Positions 1-9,720 of a stretch of DNA of 64,000 nucleotides are shown here, piece after piece. Within the stretch, counting starts at the first letter, position 1; the number at the start of each line of letters is the position of its first letter. The DNA comes from Thermoplasmatales archaeon (GTDB taxonomy: Archaea; Thermoplasmatota; Thermoplasmata; Thermoplasmatales; Thermoplasmataceae): assembly GCA_027310185.1 (NCBI GenBank), contig DAIDBH010000013.1, forward strand, positions 20,629-84,628. Reading direction: 5' to 3'. The notes beneath the pieces were generated by a model. It worked only from the letters and a program-made list of their open reading frames with translations. It ran no database searches and had not been told where the DNA came from. The position numbers and the translations under genes were made by a program.

Positions 1-878
1 CAGAGATGATCAGGGATGGAAGCTGGAAGAACAGAAAATTCAGGGCCTATGACCTGAACATGCCTGGAAAGGTTATCAGGAGAAATGGACTGCACCCCAT
101 GACTGTTCTCATCAATGATGTCAGGGAGATCTTTTTGTCGATGGGGTTTGAGGAACTGAAAGACCCCTATGTTGAATTTACAGGATGGAATATGGATGCA
201 CTTTTCATTCCACAGGATCATCCTGCAAGAGATATGCAGGACACATTCTTCCTCTCGACTGAGAAGAAGATTGAGCCCAATGAGGAAGACAGAAACCTGT
301 TCAGTAAAGCTGGAAAGATCCATGAACAAGGGATCAGAGGATATTCTGGATGGAGATACGATTGGAAACCTGAGGAAGCAGAGAAACTGATGCTAAGGAC
401 CCATACAACTGCAAGTACAATGAGATCACTGCACAGGACTCCAAAAATTGAGAAGGCGGTTTTCTCTGTTGATAAGGTGTTCAGGCATGAAAGCGTTGAC
501 TGGAAACATCTGGCAGAATTTCATCAGGTTGAGGGTGCCATTCATGCCAGGAATGCAAACCTTGGAACCCTTAAGTGGTATCTTAGGAAATTTTATTCGG
601 CTCTAGGTTTCGATCATATTGAGTTGATCCCATCCTATTATCCGTACACAGAACCAAGTCTTGATGTTGTCGTGCAGATAGATGGAAAGGAGCTTGAAAT
701 GGGTGGCTCCGGCCTGATCAGACCGGAAGTTACGAAAGCGCTTGGACTAGAATATAATGTCATAGCATGGGGTCTAGGATTAGAACGTCTTGCCCTCCTC
801 TATTACGGACTCAACGACCTGAGAAAACTCTATGAGAGCGACCTCGGATGGTTGCAGAACTACAGGGTCAGACTCTGA
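1..878 (+). CDS. pheS: Phenylalanine--tRNA ligase alpha subunit (5' part lies outside the window)
   Basis: Motifs LHP, FIPQDHPARDMQDTFF, LRTHTT, FRHESVDWKHLAEFHQVEG, YYPYTEPS, GLGLERL. Confidence 0.96.
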   Translation, partial: EMIRDGSWKNRKFRAYDLNMPGKVIRRNGLHPMTVLINDVREIFLSMGFEELKDPYVEFTGWNMDALFIPQDHPARDMQDTFFLSTEKKIEPNEEDRNLFSKAGKIHEQGIRGYSGWRYDWKPEEAEKLMLRTHTTASTMRSLHRTPKIEKAVFSVDKVFRHESVDWKHLAEFHQVEGAIHARNANLGTLKWYLRKFYSALGFDHIELIPSYYPYTEPSLDVVVQIDGKELEMGGSGLIRPEVTKALGLEYNVIAWGLGLERLALLYYGLNDLRKLYESDLGWLQNYRVRL

Positions 879-2142
879 ATGTTGTTTTAAGGAAGCAAAG
901 TGAATTCCGGTAATTGTTCTCAATTTCAGCAGCCATTTTTCCATCTTTCTTAATATATTCTCCATTGATCACCGTATCGGTTATGGCCCCCGGGTTCATG
1001 CTGTAAATGATCTGGTTAACCATTATTTCAGGATCGGATGACTGCAGGGAGAAATGGTTTCCATCAATTATGTTGAAATCCGCTGGAGCTCCGACTTTTA
1101 TTTCACCGAGATTTGGAATACGTGAAGCTCTTCCGCCATTAACTGTCAGCATCCTGAAGACATCAATTGCGCTTATCATGCCAGCATCCCACCTGCTGTT
1201 CTTTATTGAGATTGCCCCAGTTTTCGCAGATTCCAGGATGTTGAGGGAGTTGTTGCTTCCATTGCTATCAGTCCCGATAGTGATATTTACCCCGCTATTC
1301 ATCAATTCTGGCACTGGTGGAGAACCTCCAGTACCCAGTTTAAGATTACTTTCAGAGTTCCAGGAAACATTCACTTCATTCTTTCCCAGCGCCCTTATCT
1401 CGTGGTCATTCAACCACACACAGTGAGCGGCATTGAGCCTGTGACTGAGAAGATTGTTCTCGAGAAGGTACTCCACAGGGCGTTTCCCTGTTTTATCCAT
1501 GAATTCATAAACTTCCTTCCTGGTTTCTGAAACATGCATGTGAAGTAGTGTGTCAAATTTTCTTGATACCTGGTCTGCCCCCTTCATTGTGTCAAGAGAA
1601 GCAACATATACTCCCTGAATGCCAATTGAAGGTTCAATAATGCTGTTTTTCCCCCCGTAATCCTTAATGAAATTCTCTGCGTTGTCAACAGGGTCCCCTT
1701 TCTGTGTGGTGATTTCCTTATCGAGCGTATTCCAGGACAGAAAAGCCCTGATACCCATCCTGTTGCATGCCTCCCATATTATATCTTCGTCATAGTACAT
1801 GTCAAAAAATGAGGTTATGCCGTTTGAAAGTAGCTCATACACACCGCAAATGGATGAATGGAGTATATCATCCGGGGTTCTTGCGCTATCAAGCTTGAAC
1901 GTCTTCTCGAGAAACTTTTCAAGATTCATGTCATCCAGCTTTCCCCTGAACCTGCTCATTGCGATATGAGCATGAGTGTTTATAAAACCTGGTATCAAGA
2001 ACCTGCTGCAATCACCTGAATTCTCAGTCTCTTCAACACCTGTGATTTTTCCTCTGCTGATTTCAACTGTTCCATGCCTGAAACTGTTCAGTGAAGTATC
2101 ATAATAAAAAACGTTTTCAATTATCTTGCTTGTTTCCATCAT
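868..2142 (-). CDS. Amidohydrolase, MTA/SAH deaminase-like
   Basis: PGFINTHAH metal motif, HMHVSET, AAHCVWL, NLKLGTG, GTDSNGSNN. Confidence 0.85.
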   Translation of the reverse strand: MMETSKIIENVFYYDTSLNSFRHGTVEISRGKITGVEETENSGDCSRFLIPGFINTHAHIAMSRFRGKLDDMNLEKFLEKTFKLDSARTPDDILHSSICGVYELLSNGITSFFDMYYDEDIIWEACNRMGIRAFLSWNTLDKEITTQKGDPVDNAENFIKDYGGKNSIIEPSIGIQGVYVASLDTMKGADQVSRKFDTLLHMHVSETRKEVYEFMDKTGKRPVEYLLENNLLSHRLNAAHCVWLNDHEIRALGKNEVNVSWNSESNLKLGTGGSPPVPELMNSGVNITIGTDSNGSNNSLNILESAKTGAISIKNSRWDAGMISAIDVFRMLTVNGGRASRIPNLGEIKVGAPADFNIIDGNHFSLQSSDPEIMVNQIIYSMNPGAITDTVINGEYIKKDGKMAAEIENNYRNSLCFLKTTFRV

Positions 2143-2998
2143 CTTCCATAATCTTTAGATGGTAATTTCCTTTTCTATCAGAGTGTTTTACTGAAAACAT
2201 CACTATTATGACAATTAATGTGGTAACAAATATGGAATAGATACTGTATGGCAAATAAATCAGTAGAAAGGTGAGAATAAATGAAGCTACTGCTCCAGTT
2301 AATATGGGGTAACCGAGATATTCAAGTGATTTTTTTACCCTGTTTTCCTCAGAAAAATAGAGGTTCAGTATGAACCCAACTATGGAGACAATAAAAGTGG
2401 TAGTCAGCAGGTCAAGCACAAATGGATTTGGTTGTAACAGCAATGTTATGAATTCATATCCCTTGTAGATCAGAAGGTATACATTGAGATATATGAGTAT
2501 ACCTGTGAGTTCATATACCTCAAAAAAGCTGTAACCTTTGAAAACATTCAGGGCAAATGTAAGTGTTGCAAGCATATATATGGTGGATGTTGTTGAAACG
2601 ACCATATAGGAAACTGTTCTTGATGTTTTTCTGGATAAGACCCCCTCAAAAAGTAATGGAAATACAATACCAGTGGAAAGAGTAAAGAAAAAAGGAGTAA
2701 AGTTCTCCTTGGTTATTGGATACCTGAAAATACCTGAGCCTATGAATGAATCATGGGTTATGAGAACAAGATCAGATACAAGTATGTAGATAAGGATGAC
2801 AATTATGGTTAGGGGATATACCCTTGATCTGTAGTCCTTTGGAGAAAAATACTTCACAAACGGCAGTACAAAAAGAAGGATGACCCATGCTTCCCAGTAA
2901 AGTCTCTCCACCGGGAATATATAAATAAAGGAGGCTATGGCAGGTGTCAGTATGAGCACGTTTGAGATGTATATGAATAAGTCATTCTTCCTCATCAT
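2117..2998 (-). CDS. Multi-pass membrane protein of unknown function (MoxR operon)
   Basis: Many hydrophobic segments; overlaps both neighbouring genes. Confidence 0.75.
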   Translation of the reverse strand: MMRKNDLFIYISNVLILTPAIASFIYIFPVERLYWEAWVILLFVLPFVKYFSPKDYRSRVYPLTIIVILIYILVSDLVLITHDSFIGSGIFRYPITKENFTPFFFTLSTGIVFPLLFEGVLSRKTSRTVSYMVVSTTSTIYMLATLTFALNVFKGYSFFEVYELTGILIYLNVYLLIYKGYEFITLLLQPNPFVLDLLTTTFIVSIVGFILNLYFSEENRVKKSLEYLGYPILTGAVASFILTFLLIYLPYSIYSIFVTTLIVIIVMFSVKHSDRKGNYHLKIMEDDGNKQDN

Positions 2999-4317
2999 GC
3001 ACCTCTATTACTTTCCCTTCCATTGATATAATCGGAAATGAGTGATACCAGTATCCTCTCCTTCATCACATTCCTTGCAACTATGCCAAATTTTCTGTAA
3101 AATTTGACATTGGTGTCCAGGACCTTAGTCTCGTTGATTATAAGGGCATTTCCAAAAACTCCTATGATTTCTGTGTCATGTGTATCATAAAAGCCCCTTG
3201 GATTTATGATATACATATATTCCTGCTTTTCCATTCGAAGGTCCTGTGGTAGAACTTCTTCTGTATTCTTCCCGGAATAGGGTGAAATAAGCATGAATAT
3301 CATTGCGTTTTTCTTTACAGTCTTCCTGATGTACCTGTTAGCTGCTCCTATGTTGAATGTGCCGGAGGGCCTGATCTCTGCAACCTTCTTCTGAAGGTTT
3401 TCTATCGATTCACTCCTTGATGATGGCTTAATATATATCTGGTGATCGGACGAGAATATTATGTAACCAACCCTGTCCTGGTTCTTGAGCATTGTATAGG
3501 AAGCATTGATCGCGCTTGTTACCATGAAATCAAACATCCTGAGCTTTCCGTATCCAAGGTTTGAACCCAAGCTGTAGTCAATGAGAATTATGGCATCTAT
3601 CTGCCTCTCCTCTTCCCATTCCTTCACAAAGAGCTCATCATTTCCTGTAAGATTATACCTGTTCCATGCAACATGTCTCATATCATCCGAATCGTTGTAA
3701 GCCCTGATGCCGAAGAAGTTGTATCCCTGTCCTGCCTTCCTTGAGATATGCAGCCCATTGGTGAAGATGACGTTGCTTAATCTCTCGCTTCTCTGCATGA
3801 AGGTATCCTTGGATGATGGGCCTATCCTTGCAGTACTGATCAGATCTGCAACATACTCTATAAATCCAAGTCCAAGGGCATCTGAGCATATCACCTTTAA
3901 CGGTCCTACAGAATATTTACCTATTGCCTCCGGGCTAAGATAATAAGTTTTTCTGACTGTTTCTCCCTTTTTCAGGTATATACTGTCAGTAAAATCTCCT
4001 TTCAGTTCAAACACATCAGCCAGTGTGTCAAAATACTGGAAATGAAGATTCCTTCTGGATGGATTTTTTATGATCAGCTCTGCCCTGACCATGTCTCCCT
4101 TCTTCATTTCTTCTCTTTCAAGTATCCTCCTGACTTCCAGCTGGTTCATGGCTTTAAATGTTCCGTGGTTGAGTGCCCACAGATCAGCACTTACAATGAA
4201 GATTCCACTGAGAAAGAAGAATGTCAGCATCTGGTAACCATATAAATTATAGATGTACGATTCTACAAGACCTATTGTAAGTATGGCCAGAATGCTGTAA
4301 GCTCTTTTCTTGATCAT
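2995..4317 (-). CDS. DUF58 / vWA-like MoxR partner with N-terminal membrane helices
   Basis: GYNFFGIRAYNDSDDMRHVAWN, LFVKEWEEER, DRVGY; directly downstream of moxR. Confidence 0.9.
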   Translation of the reverse strand: MIKKRAYSILAILTIGLVESYIYNLYGYQMLTFFFLSGIFIVSADLWALNHGTFKAMNQLEVRRILEREEMKKGDMVRAELIIKNPSRRNLHFQYFDTLADVFELKGDFTDSIYLKKGETVRKTYYLSPEAIGKYSVGPLKVICSDALGLGFIEYVADLISTARIGPSSKDTFMQRSERLSNVIFTNGLHISRKAGQGYNFFGIRAYNDSDDMRHVAWNRYNLTGNDELFVKEWEEERQIDAIILIDYSLGSNLGYGKLRMFDFMVTSAINASYTMLKNQDRVGYIIFSSDHQIYIKPSSRSESIENLQKKVAEIRPSGTFNIGAANRYIRKTVKKNAMIFMLISPYSGKNTEEVLPQDLRMEKQEYMYIINPRGFYDTHDTEIIGVFGNALIINETKVLDTNVKFYRKFGIVARNVMKERILVSLISDYINGRESNRGA

Positions 4318-5279
4318 TAAGGAGCAGGCACCTCAGAAAGTATTTCTTCAATAACCCTGAAAGCAACTTCCGTTCCGATATCAGATTCGTCAAGCATTGC
4401 CTCTGGCCTCAGGATCAACCTGTGGTTCAGCAAATACTTGCTGATGTAATACACGTCTTCTGGAACCACATAATTTCTTCCGTGAACAAGTGCGCATGCC
4501 CTGGAGGCCATCAGGAGTTTTGCTGTGGTACGTGGACTGGCTCCCACATAAACTTTCTTGCTCTCCCTTGTCTTTCTCATGAGGTCTACCATGTATTCCT
4601 TGATGCTCTGAGAAACAAATACATCAAAAACTTCATCCCTAAGCTTCAGGATAGTATCAACATCCATGTATGTTTGTGTGCTGGCATTTCTCAATGACCT
4701 GTTAAGTATCTGAACCTCTGCTTCCCGTGTGGGATATGTCAGAATTAACCTGAAAAGAAATCTGTCCATCAATGCCTCAGCTATGGGAAAAGTCCCTTCC
4801 TGCTCAATGGGATTTTGTGTCGCAATAACTATGAATGGTACTGGTAGCTTATGAGTGACACCCCCTACTGAAACCTGCTTCTCCTCCATTGCCTCAAGAA
4901 GTGCAGATTGCACCTTTGCAGGCGTCCTGTTTATTTCATCCGCCAGTAATACATTGGTGAAAGCAGGACCCTCCCTGAACTCAAGTTTTCTCGATTCAAG
5001 ATTGAAAATTATGTTTCCAGTTATGTCCGATGGCAGCATATCTGGAGTGAACTGTATCCTCTTGAACTGTGCCTTGAGGTGAGATGCAAATTCACTCGCC
5101 AGCATTGTTTTTGCAAGTCCTGGGACACCTTCCATTAATATATGATTATTGCTAATCAGCGAAATAAACATGAATTTCACTATTTCCTTAGAACCAACAA
5201 CCTTGGATTCTATTTCGTTTCCTATCAATTCTATTGAGTTCCTGACCTTTGTAAGGTCTCCCTGCGTTAATTCAGCCAT
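4317..5279 (-). CDS. moxR: MoxR-family AAA+ ATPase
   Basis: GVPGLAKT Walker A, RIQFTPDMLPSDITG, LLADEINRTPAKVQSALLEAMEE, ATQNPIEQEGTFP, DRF. Confidence 0.96.
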   Translation of the reverse strand: MAELTQGDLTKVRNSIELIGNEIESKVVGSKEIVKFMFISLISNNHILMEGVPGLAKTMLASEFASHLKAQFKRIQFTPDMLPSDITGNIIFNLESRKLEFREGPAFTNVLLADEINRTPAKVQSALLEAMEEKQVSVGGVTHKLPVPFIVIATQNPIEQEGTFPIAEALMDRFLFRLILTYPTREAEVQILNRSLRNASTQTYMDVDTILKLRDEVFDVFVSQSIKEYMVDLMRKTRESKKVYVGASPRTTAKLLMASRACALVHGRNYVVPEDVYYISKYLLNHRLILRPEAMLDESDIGTEVAFRVIEEILSEVPAP

Positions 5280-5283
5280 ATAT

Positions 5284-5802
5284 TTATTCCTCCTTTATTC
5301 TGCTCAGATCGAGATCTATGGTTACCTTCTGGATGGTTGCATACACACTCATGATCTCCTTGAACTCCTTTTGCATTTTTTCTGCAAGTTTCTTCTTCGT
5401 CCTCTCGCTTGCAGTATATGTTATGCGGTATTTCATTCTACGGTATTTCCTGGCTTTTCTTGTCAGGTATTTTGATAATGCCTTGATCTTCCTGGAACTG
5501 TCTTCGAGGTTAGCCTCAAAATGATCATAATCCCTACCCTGCACGTACAACATCTCCTCATTTATGTAATCTTCCGGCAATTTAAAAGTTTCCTTTTCCT
5601 GTATGAAGGTAGGTTCGGAATCTACCTTCCTTCTTAGTGCATTTATTTTTAGAATGATGAAATATACGACAACCATCAGAACTGGTACAAGAAATACGAA
5701 AAATAACATTGGATCTGTTTCCAGCTCATAAAGAAGTTCTGTGAATGAAAATGACGGAATATTCAGGGATATTGAAGAAAATGGTAAAACGCCTACTGAC
5801 AT
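5284..5802 (-). CDS. Single-pass membrane protein with basic coiled-coil-like C-terminus
   Basis: Hydrophobic LFFVFLVPVLMVVVYFIIL then charged helical region; 4-bp gaps to neighbours. Confidence 0.7.
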   Translation of the reverse strand: MSVGVLPFSSISLNIPSFSFTELLYELETDPMLFFVFLVPVLMVVVYFIILKINALRRKVDSEPTFIQEKETFKLPEDYINEEMLYVQGRDYDHFEANLEDSSRKIKALSKYLTRKARKYRRMKYRITYTASERTKKKLAEKMQKEFKEIMSVYATIQKVTIDLDLSRIKEE

Positions 5803-5806
5803 CTAT

Positions 5807-6385
5807 TTACTCATCCACGAAATAAAGTTTCTTTATGTCCATGTAATTGTAGATATCTGTTACTTCAGAGATGATCCTGTCACCATCGATTTCATTATCC
5901 TGTGAATAGGCTGCTGGAAGATATATGTCCATTAGGAATGATGCGTATTTCTTTAAAGCCATCTCCCTCATCTGTGTATCTCCGGTACTCTTCGTGCCTA
6001 TCAGTGAAGTACCAAGTGCAAGCGATACTGGATCTACGATTATTTCCTCAGTCAGGTCCTTGTTAGACTCCTTCAGAACCTTATAAATCCTTTCCATATT
6101 CGGGAGATTCCCACCAAGGTTTATATTGAAATACCTTTCAATATCCTTCTGCACATCTCTCTTTGCCTCAATGGCGGCCTTGAGGATTTCTTTGTTTCCA
6201 ACATTTCTCCTTGCATTGACAAGTGGTGGGATGTCGAGTATTGTCTTTACCCTGATCTGTGTCTCTTCCCTCACAACCTTCTTCTTCCTGTTGAAAAAGC
6301 CTCTCTTCTTCCTCTCCCCACTTTCACCATTCAGTATGTCCTGTATCTGTTTTATTGCTTCCTGATCACTGCTTTGTTTTTCCAT
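5807..6385 (-). CDS. Hypothetical soluble protein (MoxR operon)
   Basis: 192-aa ORF, tight operon spacing, KKRGFFNRKKK patch. Confidence 0.7.
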   Translation of the reverse strand: MEKQSSDQEAIKQIQDILNGESGERKKRGFFNRKKKVVREETQIRVKTILDIPPLVNARRNVGNKEILKAAIEAKRDVQKDIERYFNINLGGNLPNMERIYKVLKESNKDLTEEIIVDPVSLALGTSLIGTKSTGDTQMREMALKKYASFLMDIYLPAAYSQDNEIDGDRIISEVTDIYNYMDIKKLYFVDE

Positions 6386-6388
6386 AAA

Positions 6389-9300
6389 TTATTCCTCTCC
6401 ATTCATGTTCGCGTAATTAACGTTCAATACGCCAATGTATACATAGAAATATGTATAAAAGGAGTATGTTGAGCCTCCTAGATAAATATCAACACCAAGT
6501 TTTGCCCCGCCATTATATGAATAACTAAGATTATCGAAGGCATAATTCCTCCTGGACAGAATGCTCACATTTTTCCCGTCGATTTCCAGTCTGGAATAGT
6601 CCTGCATGTAATAATCTGTCTGGTTCTTCAACTTTACTGTCACGTTCTTTATTATTCCTGAAATACTCCCCAGATATACAGAATTATTCCAGAGATAGGT
6701 TTTATTTGCAAGCCTGCTCCCAGTTTCATTGAAAACTGTTTTCTCCATTGTGTTTGTTACGTTTATGTACTGGATATTGTATGGTGTCCTGAAATTAAGA
6801 GAGAAGTTATTGCTCTTGAAGTTGCTCCCCTCCACACTTATGTGGTAATCCATGTTAATTCCAGTCTTGTTCTTTATTACATAAAGGTATAATCCTGTCC
6901 CGTTGCTGTCAGGAATATAACTACCTTGCATCACAATATAATTGTTAAACAATGGTTCAGTGAGGTTGTATGAAAGTTTAACTCTACTTTCTACCGGTAT
7001 AACCAGCCCGTAAGTAGAAACGTTCAGGTGCCTGAATTGCCCGGTGCTGTTCTCATGGGTAAAGCTTAGTCTCGCAGACACGTAATCCGTCCCCTTGTAT
7101 GTGAAATTATATGAACCATATGGAAGGCCATAGGTTACAAATGTACCATTGAATTGTTCGCTTATCCTGGTTTTGATCAGTCCTATAGAGGATGTGGAGT
7201 TATTCAGGAAAAGATTTGAAACTGGCAGTTGCTCATTGAATTCCCGACCGTATTTCTTTCCAAAGTTCCTGTTAACTGTGTAATTTAGCATGTTGATTAA
7301 GCTTATATTCACATTGCTTGTCTTCCTATAATCCATGAATGCATTTACGGTTACTCCGGTTCCATCTAAAACCTGGTTGTTTAAAGTTTTATAATACTGG
7401 CCAATGACTGAGATGTTCATTGAAAGAGAGAAGGAAGTGTTGACACTGAATGAAGGCGTCATGGTATTATTGATGTACACTTTCTTGGAGTATACAATTC
7501 CGTTTATATACGAATAAAGAATGAATTCATTGCCTTTATTTCTGGCAAAATTACTCACTTTAACATTTATGACCTGATGGCCCTTATTATAAATATTAGA
7601 AGAGACAGACCTATGTAGTATGCCCTCCAGATGAGTCTTATTATATCCAGGAACCCTTAAGAATGATTCTGTAAAACCTTTTCCTATGGCCTGAAGTGGC
7701 CTGGAACCAATCTGGTTTGAGGTTAGATTTTTCTGTCCGGACTGGGACTTAATTCCAAATGATTTACTGCTGTTGTAGAATCCAGCCTGCGTTACATTAA
7801 CAGTTAGATTTATTTCATAATTCTGGTGGGTGTCTATGAAATAATAAAATTTGAATGATCCTACTGAAGACTGTTCTATGCTGCTGTTTACAAGCAGCCC
7901 ATTTTCATACATAGTAATATCTGGATACAGCAATTTCTGCTGATTCACAAGATTAAAAGTAAATCCACTAATTTCAAAAAACTGTCCTGGAAGAGGTTTC
8001 AATGAAATATCCGGTGTAACCGCCTGGCCACTTTCATTCTTTATGGATATGGAAACTGTTGAATACTGGAACCCTGGTGCATATACTACCAGATCATACG
8101 AACCAAAATAGTAGGCCGGAAATGTTGCAACTCCATTCCTGCTTATGTTAGTCTGTGTGTAGTATATAGTCCCTTCAAAGTTACCCATAATCATAACGCT
8201 AAGAGAATGCAGAAGAGTCCTGTTCTGCGGCGAGTTTGGATAGAACACATTATTAAGTTGAATAGTTATGTTTTTATTTTTTATAAAGCCCTTGTTGAAA
8301 TTTGAAAATGCAAGGTTGTATGATACATCTGAAAGACTTCCCTTCAGGTACCTTGAAACGTTAGAAACCATGAATGATGGTATGGGAGTTATCCCGGTGT
8401 TCCTGTCAAATGTGACCTTCGTCGGAACAAATGGATCCCTTGCCTGCACTGAAATATCCACATTACTTATGCTATGGTTCAGGTAAAATATGGAAGAATG
8501 GTTATCCAGAAATTCATAATTTGTACTTACGTAAACATAGTCAAAACCCACTGGTGCTGGTACCTGGTAGTAACCCGAAATATTCGTTACTGTGCTCGCA
8601 AAAAATGGCGGGGTGCTGAAAAAAGTTCCAATGGTTGAATTCTGGCTTAGCAAAACCGAGCTGATGTCAATTCCACTTACCGGTTGGTTCAGTTTGTTTC
8701 TTATATAACCAGAAATCAGGTATGTTACATTTTTTAGGTTCTTCATCTTGAAATTGAGATTTGTGATCTGTTTTCCTGTAACGTTGAAAAAAAGAGGTTT
8801 TGGGGTTTCATTGTAATTCCGTTTGATAGTCAACGCAGCATACGTACCATTTTGGAGAGTAGTGTGATAGATGGCGTTTGAATTAGAACTGCTATTATAG
8901 AAACCAAAAAAGGAAACGAAGGAAAGATTTACATTGGGAACATTCATACCAGTAATGTTGAGCGTTTTTCCAGACACATCATAAAAAGTTGCCTTTTGCA
9001 ACGTTACATTTGCCCATTGGGAATTGCCTGAGAGAATGGTGAACTTGCTGAAGCCTGTATTATATCCACTTACCTTGAAACCGATGGTGAATGAACCGTA
9101 CTGCAGCATTGTAACAGAGTAATATCCCCTGCTGTTAAGTTGTGCATAAACAACCCATGGAAAATCATAAATTGAAATTCTTCCCGTAACGGGAGTTCCA
9201 GACTTGCTTTTTACATATCCATGCAATTGAATTGTTCCATTCTGAACTGGACTCATGCTGGAACCTTTTGTGCTGAAGGCCAGCATCTTTTCCTCGTTCT

Positions 9301-9433
9301 GGAATATATGGGGAATCTTGATCTTCTCATATGGCTTGGCATTGTATGTTTCGTGGAATAGGGAAAGGCCCGTGCCCAGTATTATAGCTGCCACTATTAT
9401 AACAGCTATGAATTTGGCGTTTATTTCAGGCAT
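6389..9433 (-). CDS. Large secreted/surface protein with carboxypeptidase-regulatory-like beta-sandwich repeats
   Basis: N-terminal hydrophobic signal/anchor; recurring 'G.V.N..G.PV.G..I ... G.Y' units; Asn/Ser/Thr/Tyr rich with many N-x-S/T sequons. Confidence 0.75.
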   Translation of the reverse strand: MPEINAKFIAVIIVAAIILGTGLSLFHETYNAKPYEKIKIPHIFQNEEKMLAFSTKGSSMSPVQNGTIQLHGYVKSKSGTPVTGRISIYDFPWVVYAQLNSRGYYSVTMLQYGSFTIGFKVSGYNTGFSKFTILSGNSQWANVTLQKATFYDVSGKTLNITGMNVPNVNLSFVSFFGFYNSSSNSNAIYHTTLQNGTYAALTIKRNYNETPKPLFFNVTGKQITNLNFKMKNLKNVTYLISGYIRNKLNQPVSGIDISSVLLSQNSTIGTFFSTPPFFASTVTNISGYYQVPAPVGFDYVYVSTNYEFLDNHSSIFYLNHSISNVDISVQARDPFVPTKVTFDRNTGITPIPSFMVSNVSRYLKGSLSDVSYNLAFSNFNKGFIKNKNITIQLNNVFYPNSPQNRTLLHSLSVMIMGNFEGTIYYTQTNISRNGVATFPAYYFGSYDLVVYAPGFQYSTVSISIKNESGQAVTPDISLKPLPGQFFEISGFTFNLVNQQKLLYPDITMYENGLLVNSSIEQSSVGSFKFYYFIDTHQNYEINLTVNVTQAGFYNSSKSFGIKSQSGQKNLTSNQIGSRPLQAIGKGFTESFLRVPGYNKTHLEGILHRSVSSNIYNKGHQVINVKVSNFARNKGNEFILYSYINGIVYSKKVYINNTMTPSFSVNTSFSLSMNISVIGQYYKTLNNQVLDGTGVTVNAFMDYRKTSNVNISLINMLNYTVNRNFGKKYGREFNEQLPVSNLFLNNSTSSIGLIKTRISEQFNGTFVTYGLPYGSYNFTYKGTDYVSARLSFTHENSTGQFRHLNVSTYGLVIPVESRVKLSYNLTEPLFNNYIVMQGSYIPDSNGTGLYLYVIKNKTGINMDYHISVEGSNFKSNNFSLNFRTPYNIQYINVTNTMEKTVFNETGSRLANKTYLWNNSVYLGSISGIIKNVTVKLKNQTDYYMQDYSRLEIDGKNVSILSRRNYAFDNLSYSYNGGAKLGVDIYLGGSTYSFYTYFYVYIGVLNVNYANMNGEE

Positions 9434-9720
9434 TAATATGCATAAAGTTCGTATCTTAATTAAGTTTTTGGAACGATGAAAGACACTTATTTTTATCTAC
9501 ATATATATTTATTTAATTACAACTTTCTTCAGTCAGACATAACAATTCTATTTACATTTCTAACTTATCTGTTTCCCCTGCTGAGTCTGAATCTATATAA
9601 TGGTGAAATCAATATTTATTTCCTGCTCATAAGTATTATACTTGAGATTTTTATGGCATTAGTCAGCCATATATATTTGAAAATTGCAAATCTATTGCGC
9701 AAACTATTTTTGATCTTTTA

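Noticed and set aside
868-878. Short overlaps of convergent gene ends (also 38152-38161 and 45617-45627)
   Set aside because: Common in compact archaeal genomes; no evidence of special function
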